Origin: a virus
IMG/VR virus record: IMGVR_UViG_3300031555_005897
Coordinates: 12,039 to 76,038 of that record
Strand: one strand, 5' to 3'
Length of the DNA: 64,000 nt
Part shown: piece by piece, positions 19,746 through 29,840 of the stretch
How the letters are laid out: every line of letters begins with the position of its first letter
Numbering within the stretch: the stretch's first letter is position 1
Notes under the pieces: generated by a model
Seen by the model: the letters and a program-made list of their open reading frames with translations, nothing else
Told to the model about the DNA's origin: nothing
The model's database searches: none
Program-made: the position numbers and the translations under genes

Positions 19746-20939
19746 ATGGGTGAAGCTCTAGTAATTGCCCCCGCCGCATACGGCACAATCACCAAAGAAG
19801 ACGAAATTCGCTCTAGTGTTTATGGCATCAGAATTGATATGTCCAGTTCATCACCTTCAGACGCAGTTATTTATACGCAAGCAGCTTCTAATTTTGAACC
19901 TCTTTCGAATAACGCCAGCACCGGCATCTGCTCTTATGGTGACTGGGCGGAAATTATTGATGCTCTCATTGGTTGCAAACCCTGTCTCTATCTTAATGGC
20001 GCACGTAGTAAGTATCTCAACCCCGACAACTATGCCAAGGATACTTCCGGCAACTCTGTTGACATTACTTCCGGTTCTGCCGGCGATGTCATGATCGAGT
20101 TCCGTAAGACCTGGTATCGCTGGCGCGTATCCGGCAACTACCTGTACTTCGAAATCACCGGTGAAGATAAAACCGGTGTGAGTGGCTGGTGTTGCGACGC
20201 GTTCAAAACCAGCGGTGGCACTGTCCAGGATTATATGTACTACGGTGCATATGAGGGATATGTGGCCAGCAACAAGCTTCGTTCTCTTTCCGGCAAGACT
20301 CCTACTGTTTCTCAGACCATTGGTACTTTCCGCACCTATGCAACCAACATGGGTTCGAAGTATCAGCAGGAGGAGATTGCCAAGCGCATGTACATCATTG
20401 GTTTGATCTTCCTGGTAAGTAAGAGCCGTGATGCACAGTCTACGCTCGGTGCTGGTTGGACCGGCGGTTCTGCCGCTGCAACAACCGGTACTTGCAATGC
20501 GAAGGGACTCTTCTTCGGTTCGTCAGCCAATACCGCGGTTGCCAAAGTTTTCGGTATCGAGAACTTCTGGGGATCTCTGTACAAGTGGTGCGACGGTTTC
20601 GTATCCGGTGGTAGTACCAATCTTCTTTACAAAGTCTGCGGTCCTTACAATGATGCTGGTACTGACTATTCTACCGCTACCGGTATCCTTGCAAGTAGCT
20701 ACCCCAAGACCATGACCAACCTCGGCGATGGTATTATTGCCGCTCTATCCAGTGGTGGTTCTGGTTCCAATAGCACGTATTTCCCCGACAACTGGAGCCT
20801 GGACTCTACGGCTGGCTGCGTGTGCGCTGTCGGTGGCCATTGGTACCGTGGCCTGGTTGCTGGCCCGCTCTGTTGCGATGTCGACGGTGCGGCGTCGAGC
20901 GCGGGCACGCGCATCGGGGGCCGCCTGTCGGCCTGCTAA
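19746..20939 (+). CDS. DGR target protein, C-type-lectin-fold (Mtd-like) receptor-binding protein
   Basis: GIENFWGSLYKWCDG and terminal IGGRL motifs; VR at the C-terminus; probable start MGEALV at 19746 (ORF track starts at 19713). Confidence 0.85.
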   Translation: MGEALVIAPAAYGTITKEDEIRSSVYGIRIDMSSSSPSDAVIYTQAASNFEPLSNNASTGICSYGDWAEIIDALIGCKPCLYLNGARSKYLNPDNYAKDTSGNSVDITSGSAGDVMIEFRKTWYRWRVSGNYLYFEITGEDKTGVSGWCCDAFKTSGGTVQDYMYYGAYEGYVASNKLRSLSGKTPTVSQTIGTFRTYATNMGSKYQQEEIAKRMYIIGLIFLVSKSRDAQSTLGAGWTGGSAAATTGTCNAKGLFFGSSANTAVAKVFGIENFWGSLYKWCDGFVSGGSTNLLYKVCGPYNDAGTDYSTATGILASSYPKTMTNLGDGIIAALSSGGSGSNSTYFPDNWSLDSTAGCVCAVGGHWYRGLVAGPLCCDVDGAASSAGTRIGGRLSAC

Positions 20940-20944
20940 CATCC
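20784..20944 (+). repeat. DGR variable repeat (VR) including the invariant 3' end
   Basis: 25 mismatches to TR, 24 at TR adenines; last 32 nt identical. Confidence 0.95.
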
Positions 20945-20963
20945 AATCCCCATTGGAGGGGTT

Positions 20964-20991
20964 CTTAGGGGAGGCCGCAGCCTCCCCTAAG
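20964..20991 (+). promoter_or_regulatory. GC-rich hairpin downstream of VR (DGR target-recognition hairpin candidate)
   Basis: cttaggggaggc-cgca-gcctcccctaag, 12-bp stem; absent after TR. Confidence 0.75.
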
Positions 20992-21047
20992 GGATTTTCA
21001 ACGGTCAAAACTGAGTCTAGTACCTTCACGGTACTAGACTCAACTTT

Positions 21048-21221
21048 TTACTTGGATTTCTTCTTGGTGGCCGCAGCTTCCATTGCCTTCTTCTCAGCAA
21101 TGAACTCGTCCACCTGCTCAGCGGTGATAGCCTTACAGACCCGAGCGGTCTTCAGCATGTTCTCATCCCACTTGCCATCCAGAAAATACTGCCGGATAGT
21201 CGCAGCATTGGGCATAGCCAT
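21048..21221 (-). CDS. XkdX-like small protein (57 aa, not in ORF track)
   Basis: MAMPNAATIRQYFLDGKWDENMLKTARVCKAITAEQVDEFIA...; RBS aaggagg; late motif at 21267-21278. Confidence 0.65.
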   Translation of the reverse strand: MAMPNAATIRQYFLDGKWDENMLKTARVCKAITAEQVDEFIAEKKAMEAAATKKKSK

Positions 21222-21363
21222 ATGTTAGAACCCTCCTTAAAAGGTATAGATTGTAATTTTAGGATTTTATCGTTGTGTTACTTTACTCTGATGTATCGTT
21301 CTCATATTTAAAGTAGCTTTTGACAAAGCGTTAATCTTTTACAAAATTATTCACGTAAAGTAG

Positions 21364-22683
21364 GTGAATACAGTTATGAACGTTGATGATATTCAGCTCA
21401 AATTTGCAAAATATCGCATTTCTAAATTTGAGCTCGTAATTCCTGGATATAGTAAGCCATATGTGGTTGATCCAGCCCATATTGGTAACTGGACCATTGA
21501 GAAGGATTACGAAAATTATCTCTTCCCGTATTTGGAATTCCGCTGCGTAGTTCCTGATAAAGTCTACGCAGATGTTATGGATAATTCTGAGGAAGTTTAC
21601 GTTGACCTGAAGATTGAATACGGTCTCTTTGACGATATGTATGAAATGGATCCAAAGGACGCCATCAATATGTTTGGTCCCATTCTAGAAAATCGTTTCT
21701 ATGCATTTATCGCCAATAAATCTCCCAAGATGACTGATGATACTGCAGGTGAACGCAAAAAAGAAGCCATGAGTACTGGGCCGGATGATCTAACCCAGTA
21801 TAGCTACGATAATAATCGAGCTCTAGTTATGGGCCTCTACCGCGCCGATCACATCTTCAATACAAATCGAGTTATCAATGCAATTCTTTCGGGCGCTACA
21901 GTTTCCGATGCAGTTGCATATTACTTCAAGAAACTTGGTCTGAAAGATGTACTGATGAGCCCCAGCGATAACTCTAAACGATATGATCAGCTCGCACTTC
22001 CTCCCTTGCCTGCGGCTAAAGGTCTTATGCGGATGGTCAATACCTATGGTCTGCATAAAGCTGGCACCACGGTTTTCTTTGACTACGATATGATCTATAT
22101 CCTAGATAAGAAACTCGGTGCTACTGCATGGATCAATAACGAAATTAAGACCGTCTATTTAACATCGTTCCCGAATCGATCCGACCAGCTCATTATGAAA
22201 TCCGGCTTTTACGCCAATGGCAAAGAGAAATACTGCGTAATCAATATCGTTGGTAACTCTCTTTCCGTTCAGAATGATGCGATGTTTGCCGACCAGCTTA
22301 GTGGTGGCAACATTATTTCGATCGATTCAAACACTGGCAAGATTACGAATCTTACCAGCAACGTAAATGTTTCAAAAATGTCTCCTTCTAAGGCCGGAGC
22401 TGTGAATAGGGTCGTCGTACAAAACGAGGGTTCCGCAACTGTAGACAGGGCAAAAACTGAAATTGAGCAGTCTCAGAATACCCTTAGTATCACGGTACAG
22501 GATGTCAATATTCGAGCTCTTTCTCCGAATAAGGATTTCATTTTTACCACAGATAGTGCTAAGTATCAGAAGTATGCTGGCCACTATCGTATTACCAATA
22601 GCACCGCTGTATTTACGAAAGAGAGTACTATGTACACATGCATGTGTACTGCAACCTTCGTTGGTGGTAAAGCTACCATCTAA
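21364..22683 (+). CDS. Probable baseplate hub/tail structural protein
   Basis: Late motif at 21323-21334; beta-rich C-terminus resembling hub proteins (inference). Confidence 0.55.
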   Translation: MNTVMNVDDIQLKFAKYRISKFELVIPGYSKPYVVDPAHIGNWTIEKDYENYLFPYLEFRCVVPDKVYADVMDNSEEVYVDLKIEYGLFDDMYEMDPKDAINMFGPILENRFYAFIANKSPKMTDDTAGERKKEAMSTGPDDLTQYSYDNNRALVMGLYRADHIFNTNRVINAILSGATVSDAVAYYFKKLGLKDVLMSPSDNSKRYDQLALPPLPAAKGLMRMVNTYGLHKAGTTVFFDYDMIYILDKKLGATAWINNEIKTVYLTSFPNRSDQLIMKSGFYANGKEKYCVINIVGNSLSVQNDAMFADQLSGGNIISIDSNTGKITNLTSNVNVSKMSPSKAGAVNRVVVQNEGSATVDRAKTEIEQSQNTLSITVQDVNIRALSPNKDFIFTTDSAKYQKYAGHYRITNSTAVFTKESTMYTCMCTATFVGGKATI

Positions 22684-22704
22684 ACATCGGAAAGGACATC
22701 TGAT

Positions 22705-23061
22705 ATGAAAGCTTTTCATCATCCCAGCCATAGCGTGTATGTGCTCAAAGAGTTTATAATTGAAGGATCCGCATTTCGTCCTTCTATCCTCTGGATCGTT
22801 CGTAAGAAAGAAGATGAGCCTTTGAAGACTCGAATCTTATCGAGAATGACAAGATGGCAATTTAAGATTACTCCATGCCGCAATCGATATAACCGATGCT
22901 TCATTCTCATTCGTACACCTTTCTTCAGGATCGAGAAGAATAACACCGGATTTGAAATTGGCGGATGGCGATACTATTTCTGGTTCGTTGAGCTCGGCAT
23001 GGTTTGGCGTCAATTTAAGAATCGATTGTTTGCTCCAAGCTGTGCGAATATTTCCCTGTAA
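22705..23061 (+). CDS. Hypothetical basic protein
   Basis: RBS gaaagga; its stop codon lies inside the cassette palindrome 23053-23065. Confidence 0.4.
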   Translation: MKAFHHPSHSVYVLKEFIIEGSAFRPSILWIVRKKEDEPLKTRILSRMTRWQFKITPCRNRYNRCFILIRTPFFRIEKNNTGFEIGGWRYYFWFVELGMVWRQFKNRLFAPSCANISL

Positions 23062-23144
23062 GGGATGTTTCCGATCATAATAAATCATTTTTGATGCTTT
23101 AAAGAGCGGGATAGCCTAAGGCTATCCCGCTTAGATTTAAGAAT

Positions 23145-23507
23145 ATGGCAGATGCTTTAATTGCAACTTTTGGTCCAGAAGCAGAATTAATGTCTAATCC
23201 AAATTATGAATCTTTCTCATTTAACATGAAATCCGTAAATTCATCAGTATCATTCACTGCGACAAAACTAGTCACGCGGTGGATAATTTTACCATATGTA
23301 ATAGTATCATACACATATCGTCAACCATTAATTGTTAATCCTGGCGACTCTTTATCGTCACCTTCTTTATTACTATACTCATCTTCAACTCCAACATCAT
23401 ACAATGGCGCGTTTACATCAATTTCAGCAACCGAAACGACTCTTACTATAACACGAAGTAACCAAAATGTCACAAATTGTGAAGGGTTAATTCTGGCTAT
23501 ATTATAA
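23145..23507 (+). CDS. Small protein, 'MADA' cassette family
   Basis: Starts MADALI; leader palindrome 23053-23065 and hairpin 23105-23131. Confidence 0.6.
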   Translation: MADALIATFGPEAELMSNPNYESFSFNMKSVNSSVSFTATKLVTRWIILPYVIVSYTYRQPLIVNPGDSLSSPSLLLYSSSTPTSYNGAFTSISATETTLTITRSNQNVTNCEGLILAIL

Positions 23508-23589
23508 TCATCCCGATAAGGGATGTTGGAAACGCAAATTTATACGCTGCTAAAGCGCCCAACCGAAGGTTGGGCGCTTATCATTTATA

Positions 23590-24069
23590 ATGAGCGATGC
23601 ATTAGGATTAGCAACCAATCCAAGTTCAAAGGTATCTGAGTTATTTTCAATTTCGGATTCATATATCTCAATCACACCCGAAAGTGGCGGCACGTTTAGA
23701 TTATGGTCATCTGGTACGCATTTTGTCAAGTATTTATCATTAACTACTAAATATTCTGGCATTGTTATTATTCCAGCGCATACTATATCATTAGTTGGTT
23801 CTGGTTCTGCGTCGTTTACTGGAAGTGCATGTGCTGCAATCGGTCAATCGACAAGCATATACGTACCTGTATCAGACACGTTATCTGGAGTAAGTTTTGG
23901 TCAGTCTGGCACAACCCACACTTTAGCAGTTCCAGAATTGAAATTTTTAATTACACCATCCATCGAACTATACTTAGCGGTATATGCAGCTCCTGGCGGT
24001 GGAGGTGGAAGTACTAATACTACCACCGTGTCAGCGTCGTTTACTGCAAAACTTTACCCATTCGTATGA
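23590..24069 (+). CDS. Small protein, 'MADA' cassette family
   Basis: Starts MSDALG; leader palindrome 23509-23525 and hairpin 23553-23579. Confidence 0.6.
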   Translation: MSDALGLATNPSSKVSELFSISDSYISITPESGGTFRLWSSGTHFVKYLSLTTKYSGIVIIPAHTISLVGSGSASFTGSACAAIGQSTSIYVPVSDTLSGVSFGQSGTTHTLAVPELKFLITPSIELYLAVYAAPGGGGGSTNTTTVSASFTAKLYPFV

Positions 24070-24113
24070 CATAATGCTTCATAGCCTTAATTGGCTATGA
24101 AGCATTTTATATG

Positions 24114-24407
24114 TTACATGACGATATCTTGGGGTTTACTGTATGAGAAGATCTTTGTCGAGTTATCGGCGTAACGTGCCGTAAACGTGGCAGCGTCTTC
24201 TTCAAAGGCTGCATCAATTCCGACGACATCAGACTCTTTACGAATGTCCCCAAAGAATTGCTCCAAACATGGATAATAGCTTTCTGTCAAGGGATCGAAA
24301 GTTTTGAAATCCATCTTATGGTTCTCGTCATGTACTATATCACTTAAGACTTCAACCCGATCGCATAAATTCAGAAAATGAGCGATCTGGGACTTATCAG
24401 TACTCAT
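24114..24407 (-). CDS. Hypothetical protein
   Basis: RBS gaaggag; converges on terminator 24073-24108. Confidence 0.65.
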   Translation of the reverse strand: MSTDKSQIAHFLNLCDRVEVLSDIVHDENHKMDFKTFDPLTESYYPCLEQFFGDIRKESDVVGIDAAFEEDAATFTARYADNSTKIFSYSKPQDIVM

Positions 24408-24493
24408 GGTGCGTTAGCTCCTTCCTAAATTTTGTGATCGGATAATACACATAGGAATGATTTCATGTACCACGGCACTGCTACAGGCTTGGG

Positions 24494-24670
24494 TTAGGCT
24501 TTACCAAGCAGCCCTTTTGCAAGGGCATCGGCTTCCCTAGGATGCGCCTTCTTACGATGCGCTCTTAGATAACCAATCTCTTTGTAAGTCATATTTTTGA
24601 TATCGGAGAACGATAATTGCCCGTCAAATTCATAGAGAACGTCATCGACGAACTCCATGTATTGCTTCAT
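24494..24670 (-). CDS. Small protein coupled to the baseplate-assembly gene (58 aa, not in ORF track)
   Basis: MKQYMEFVDDVLYEFDGQLSFSDIKNMTYKEI...; ATG overlaps the upstream TAA. Confidence 0.6.
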   Translation of the reverse strand: MKQYMEFVDDVLYEFDGQLSFSDIKNMTYKEIGYLRAHRKKAHPREADALAKGLLGKA

Positions 24671-26310
24671 TACAGAATCTCCGTCAATGAAGCGCGGGCA
24701 TGGAGAAAAATCATTGCATCGGTAGTCAGGATATCAACTTCATCCCGACCGCAGTGAGGACACTTGGTCTTGATCTTGAACATGGGATGGTACTTGTTAT
24801 CCTGAATCCATCTGGTCAACAGCTCGAGATCGACCTGATGCAGTCGGGTCAAGATATCGAATGCTTCAGAAGGATTGGCGCCGACGTCAACCAAGGCATA
24901 CTGACCATCATTATGATCATACACCCAGAACTTGTCAACATACAGCAGCAGAATCATATCCAGAGCAGTGGAACCGTCGATCTGCTCCATGCATGCCTCG
25001 ATACGATTACGGACATCGGCAATGCTGGGAGAGCCAAGCTCGTAAATATTGTGAGACATCGGAGACTTCACGCGGGTATGCATAGCATACTTATTATGGA
25101 TGGCCTCCATCTCGGCGGCAGAAGATCTCTTGGTATCGATCTCTTCCACACGCTTCTGATAGGACTCAGGAATCTCAGACAGATCCAGCAGAGCCTTGTT
25201 ATTATAGGAAATATTGTAGACCTTGCCGCAGTCGGGATTCTGGCACTTATAGGAGCTTTCAGAAACCTCCATAGCGGAAGCAACGACGATGGCATAGATA
25301 CCCATATCAATGTCATCGTAGCAGAACCAGTTACAGAACTGCTCATAGGTAATCGGGGTATTCTTCTCACCGAAGCGAGACATGAAAGTACCACGATCGA
25401 AGTACTTATAGAGCAAAGATGCCTTCTTCTCGATTACATCGAGGAAGTCATCATCCTGGGATGCGGTGGCATTTGCCAAAGCACCAGTCTGTGCACCGTT
25501 GAAAGTTGCATAGTCGCCGAACTCCAACAGAGGAACGGAATAGTGACTCAGAGAGCCGCAGATATCACGGATCTGACTCATATTCATAGAGGTCTTTACA
25601 GGCTTTACCTTGATAGTTTCCAGCTCCTGGCTTTCGACAACCACCAGCTTTAGAGCCTTGGCGACGTGCATCTTACGTGTAGTCTCTTCGTCAAGCTTGA
25701 GCTCGGCTTCCTGAGACTTATCGATCGTCAGAATCACACCGTCGGGATGCTCTTCGCCATACTTCTTGGCGGCATCTTCAGCTTTGGTCTTCATACGATT
25801 CTGAGCAGCAACTGCAGCTTCAGCAGGTGTCATACCCATTTCCAGAATCAACTGCTTCTTATAAGCAGCCAGCTCAGGCATGATGCTTTCCAGGAAAGCA
25901 TTCTGCTCAGCTTCGGGCATATTTTTCATCTGATCCTTACCAACGGACGTAATGATCACTTCTTCATCACTCTCAGTGAGAGGTTTAGTCTTTACAATGG
26001 TATTTCCGGCCAGGATAACTTCATCGTCTTCCTGGGGCGCAACCTGATCGCCAGTGACTGCACCATGGGCAGCCATCTCTTCGGCGGTGGGAGGAGGCGC
26101 AATGGGAGATGCAACTCTTACAGCCTGATTGGCAGGAGATGCAGGTACAGTGACCTGAGGTGCATCGGGGGTTTCACCGATATTCTGACTCATGTCAGGC
26201 ACGGGGGCATGATCTGCGATACCCGCGCGGTCGGGATTCGCAGCACGAGCGCGCTCCAATGCAGCAGCAGCGCGCTGATCCAGCGAGGTATTATTCATCA
26301 TATCAGACAT
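24670..26310 (-). CDS. Probable baseplate hub assembly protein (T4 gp26-like, two Cys pairs)
   Basis: CQNPDC and CPHC motifs; follows a gp25-like gene. Confidence 0.5.
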   Translation of the reverse strand: MSDMMNNTSLDQRAAAALERARAANPDRAGIADHAPVPDMSQNIGETPDAPQVTVPASPANQAVRVASPIAPPPTAEEMAAHGAVTGDQVAPQEDDEVILAGNTIVKTKPLTESDEEVIITSVGKDQMKNMPEAEQNAFLESIMPELAAYKKQLILEMGMTPAEAAVAAQNRMKTKAEDAAKKYGEEHPDGVILTIDKSQEAELKLDEETTRKMHVAKALKLVVVESQELETIKVKPVKTSMNMSQIRDICGSLSHYSVPLLEFGDYATFNGAQTGALANATASQDDDFLDVIEKKASLLYKYFDRGTFMSRFGEKNTPITYEQFCNWFCYDDIDMGIYAIVVASAMEVSESSYKCQNPDCGKVYNISYNNKALLDLSEIPESYQKRVEEIDTKRSSAAEMEAIHNKYAMHTRVKSPMSHNIYELGSPSIADVRNRIEACMEQIDGSTALDMILLLYVDKFWVYDHNDGQYALVDVGANPSEAFDILTRLHQVDLELLTRWIQDNKYHPMFKIKTKCPHCGRDEVDILTTDAMIFLHARASLTEIL

Positions 26311-26336
26311 ATTAGTCCCTCATTTCGAAATATGGA

Positions 26337-26747
26337 TTACATAGCAATAGCAAAATCGATATATTTATAGCCCTTCTTAATTGCAACGACCGCCGTCTCC
26401 AGATGGGAATCGACATTGAAGGTCAGGAAAATATAGAGCATATCCTGGTCTTCGTCGTCATCCGGTGGCTGAATGGAGCAGTTATTGAAAGGCATATCGG
26501 GAAAAAAGATTGGTACTTGGCGATTGACCTCAGATGCGAGCTTATGACGATCATCCTCTAATTGGAAGTCGTACCGCTTAGCACCGATACCGATCGTTGG
26601 ATTCGAAGGAAATGTTCCAGGCTCGATCAGAAGCAGCTGAAGAATCTGGCGGACCCACGCATCAGATTTAGCATAGCTGATCGGCTTATGGAAGTCATCC
26701 AGATCGAATCCTAATTCAATTCGTTGAAACTGACTCAGTCTAGCCAT
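26337..26747 (-). CDS. Baseplate wedge protein, gp25/GPW-like
   Basis: LLLIEPGTFPSNPTIGIG motif; size; late motif at 26769-26780. Confidence 0.7.
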   Translation of the reverse strand: MARLSQFQRIELGFDLDDFHKPISYAKSDAWVRQILQLLLIEPGTFPSNPTIGIGAKRYDFQLEDDRHKLASEVNRQVPIFFPDMPFNNCSIQPPDDDEDQDMLYIFLTFNVDSHLETAVVAIKKGYKYIDFAIAM

Positions 26748-26897
26748 AAAACTACTAGCCTCCTTCGATTAATGTGCTGTCAAACGCTTTATTTTGCGAA
26801 TCAGCGTTAAATGACGGTTTTAACCAAAAAAGAATTACACTTATTTTATGATTGCTTTAAAGGGCGAGGTAGGATATCCTACCTCGCCCGCTACCGA

Positions 26898-28997
26898 TTA
26901 AATGGTATACCGGAAATACCCAGCTCTTGGATCCGTCTCACGATTCCAAATCTTCATGAAAAGATCGCCCAGATAATGCTCATCGTCGTCCAGTTTATAC
27001 AGGAATTCGATACGCTTATCCAGATTACGTTCCATCAAATCACAGGAGCTGATAAACGAATCTTGTGCAATGATATCTCCGAACTTACCTTCTCCATTTT
27101 CTCGATAAAGCCCGAAGATATAAAAACGATCATGCTCAAGATACTTGCCAGCAATGCTCCGAATTTTGATCTTCGAAGTTCTACTCGGAATTGTGCAGGT
27201 CGTTCTAGCCAGAATTCGTACATCCACTCCAGCATTGGCAGCTCGCGTTAAAGCTTTTATGGTCTTACTATCCGTGATATGATTGACTTTGATCCAGATA
27301 AAAGGCTTATATTCATGCAAATCGTGAAACTGTGGCACGTGCCTAAACGATGGATCGTTCATAACGGTCTGTCGACGGATAAGATCGACGATAGTCTTAC
27401 GAATCTTCTTAGGCTCCCACACCAGCTTATCGCTAATTGAGGTCCACTTATGCTCACCGCTGTCATCCATCAAATCGTTCCAAAGTCTTACACCAGGAAT
27501 CTCGCTTTCATCGTCGACACATCCACGCTCAAAATACACAGAATCCACAAACCCCTTCTGAGCGCTCTCTACGAAGTTACCGGTGGAATAAACGCTCAGA
27601 TAGGTTCGATGTGCCGGCGCATAACCATTCGTTGTAATAAAGGTCCAAGCTTTAGCGTGTACCTTATAATCGGGATAATGCTTTGCAACGATATGCACAT
27701 CGGCACCAATTGCTGCCAGCTCACGATATAAATTAAGGTTGCTTTGCTCATCACCTCTTGCTCGAGCTTCAATATATACATGACAATTTTTCTCGAGCAT
27801 GATTGCCATTAGCAAAATGAACTTTCGATTCACATCGTCGTAATCATGGCCTGTACGATAGATTGTTAAATAACACTCATCAAGTCCGGGATTGATACGA
27901 TGCATGATTCGATTCCGACGATATTCCTCCAGTTTGGAAATGATCGTTTCCTGATCATTCGATTCTTTCGTGATTAGACCAAATGCCTCTATCATATTGA
28001 GAGATAAACAAATTTCTCCCAAAATAGCATGATTGTCAAATGGGCCTCTGGCATAGCTTGGAATAAAACGCTTAGTTTCACGATTATACGTATCAAACAT
28101 GGTCATGCCGTGCATATAACCGAAGATACTATTATCGTCAAGATCCTTATACTTCAGATCCTTAATCAGAGAGATATCGTGGGTTCGATTTAGATACTTT
28201 AAGATGTTTTTAGCATGAACGTCATAGTCCAGAAACAGATCGTTTCGATAAACTACGGTGTAGACGTACTCATCATCACCGATACGATCTTTACGGAAAA
28301 TAAACTGATGCTCTGCGTCCGGATTTTGCTCGAAACGAATTCGAACATTTACCTTGCTAGATTTATTGAGCCATTTCTGTACTCGATAGGCGGCATGGTT
28401 ATCCGTGACCGGTCCATGCTCAGGCGCACTGATTTTGGTACGCCGGCCACAGATCTCATCACACCGCACGATAGAGTCTGTACGGAATTTCAGAAATGCT
28501 TCAGTATCAGTTTCCGGTTCACCAACGATATCAAGCGCATACTCCAGAATCTGAACGATTGCGTGATGCCTGAAGTAATTCCCATCAATGAAGCATCCAT
28601 AACCAGGATAAATATCAATATCGCCACTCTCATAGTACCATTCCAGGAACTTATAGACAGCGGCTTTTGCATTGGGGTCGTTTTTGGACGCCTCGGTAAT
28701 CGGACGACCAAAAATGATATTTGTGGTCTGCACACTCTCCAAAATATATGCAGGATCATTGGAGATATATGCCATTGAATGTTTTTTCTGCAATGCGGCA
28801 TCGAATAGCTCAAGCACTTCAAAGAACTTATCGATGATCTCATCAGGATGTTTATCCAAAGGAACACGCACTTGCACAAATTCCTTCAAATTGGAATAAA
28901 CGATTCCGAGCATTTTTACGCTTTCTTCTCGTGGAGATTTGAGAGCAGTCTGAATTAGGCGCTTCTGAAAATCCAGTGCGCTTTCATTGCGGGTCAT
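26898..28997 (-). CDS. ppk1: Polyphosphate kinase 1-like protein (divergent)
   Basis: RNES...SNLKEF..VR, TIYRT, EARARGDEQSN, KVHAK, STGNF, KYLEHDR, DLMERNLDKRIE match the PPK1 motif order. Confidence 0.85.
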   Translation of the reverse strand: MTRNESALDFQKRLIQTALKSPREESVKMLGIVYSNLKEFVQVRVPLDKHPDEIIDKFFEVLELFDAALQKKHSMAYISNDPAYILESVQTTNIIFGRPITEASKNDPNAKAAVYKFLEWYYESGDIDIYPGYGCFIDGNYFRHHAIVQILEYALDIVGEPETDTEAFLKFRTDSIVRCDEICGRRTKISAPEHGPVTDNHAAYRVQKWLNKSSKVNVRIRFEQNPDAEHQFIFRKDRIGDDEYVYTVVYRNDLFLDYDVHAKNILKYLNRTHDISLIKDLKYKDLDDNSIFGYMHGMTMFDTYNRETKRFIPSYARGPFDNHAILGEICLSLNMIEAFGLITKESNDQETIISKLEEYRRNRIMHRINPGLDECYLTIYRTGHDYDDVNRKFILLMAIMLEKNCHVYIEARARGDEQSNLNLYRELAAIGADVHIVAKHYPDYKVHAKAWTFITTNGYAPAHRTYLSVYSTGNFVESAQKGFVDSVYFERGCVDDESEIPGVRLWNDLMDDSGEHKWTSISDKLVWEPKKIRKTIVDLIRRQTVMNDPSFRHVPQFHDLHEYKPFIWIKVNHITDSKTIKALTRAANAGVDVRILARTTCTIPSRTSKIKIRSIAGKYLEHDRFYIFGLYRENGEGKFGDIIAQDSFISSCDLMERNLDKRIEFLYKLDDDEHYLGDLFMKIWNRETDPRAGYFRYTI

Positions 28998-29011
28998 TCA
29001 TTTCAACTCCT

Positions 29012-29737
29012 TTAAAACCATGGCATTACATCAATGGTGGTATAGCCACGGCTAATCTGTGTATGAATCATATCAATAAGGGTATCTTTCGTGACATCAC
29101 TGCCTTGATAGACGCCCATGTTACCAATATGATATACGTACGGTGAATCAAGATCATGTTCCAGATATTTTCCAGTTCTAACAAACCGGCTTTCGTAACG
29201 ATAGGTCGGAATATGATCCAGTGCCGGTACTGAAATTGTAACATCACCAGTGTCTTTATCCACAAATAGCACCAGCTTATGGTAATCTTCAACCGAATTC
29301 AAAACGAGGCACTGACGGTGGTCGCCGAAAAGGATGATTGGTTTATCCTTACATGCATTGAACTGATTAGGATAGATCCAATTTTTCAACGACGGCTCCA
29401 GACGTCTCCTGAAGAAATTATTGAATGTGTGATTCTCAAGATATACTGGCAGCTCGGTATCGCCATCGAGATCAATATGGTTAATCGCCCACTCCTTGTA
29501 TCGTTCTTTATTGGCAACTTCGGTATCAATCAGGATCGATTCAGTGAAAGATGTACGAAACGGATACTGCGGGAGATATAGATCTTTGTAAGGCATTGCA
29601 AGAGTCTGATCATCAGGACATGTATCTTTCAACCCCTGAAGATAATCATACGCTAGGATGCGAAGCATACCAGCTTCTTTGAGCAGTACTCGACCGGAAA
29701 ATGTCGAATATGGAACGAATAGATCATGTAGTGCCAT
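29012..29737 (-). CDS. Hypothetical protein upstream of ppk1
   Basis: RBS aaaggtgg; early motif at 29772-29779 (minus). Confidence 0.65.
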   Translation of the reverse strand: MALHDLFVPYSTFSGRVLLKEAGMLRILAYDYLQGLKDTCPDDQTLAMPYKDLYLPQYPFRTSFTESILIDTEVANKERYKEWAINHIDLDGDTELPVYLENHTFNNFFRRRLEPSLKNWIYPNQFNACKDKPIILFGDHRQCLVLNSVEDYHKLVLFVDKDTGDVTISVPALDHIPTYRYESRFVRTGKYLEHDLDSPYVYHIGNMGVYQGSDVTKDTLIDMIHTQISRGYTTIDVMPWF

Positions 29738-29840
29738 AGAATACCACCTTTTCTATATAGGATTCATATGGATAATATATGGCTAAAGCCCCCATTTCGT
29801 GAGCCAAATCGGCCCATGAAATGGGGGTAATATTCAATTT

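Larger units (their letters stand above)
18027..20991. mobile_element. Diversity-generating retroelement (RT, spacer and TR on minus strand; target and VR on plus strand)
   Basis: RT, TR, VR with adenine-specific mismatches, and a hairpin downstream of VR. Confidence 0.95.

Noticed and set aside
348..24069. 'MADA' cassettes as a shufflon or as extra DGR targets
   Set aside because: They are dispersed, have their own starts, no invertase or flanking inverted sites were seen, and none resembles the TR
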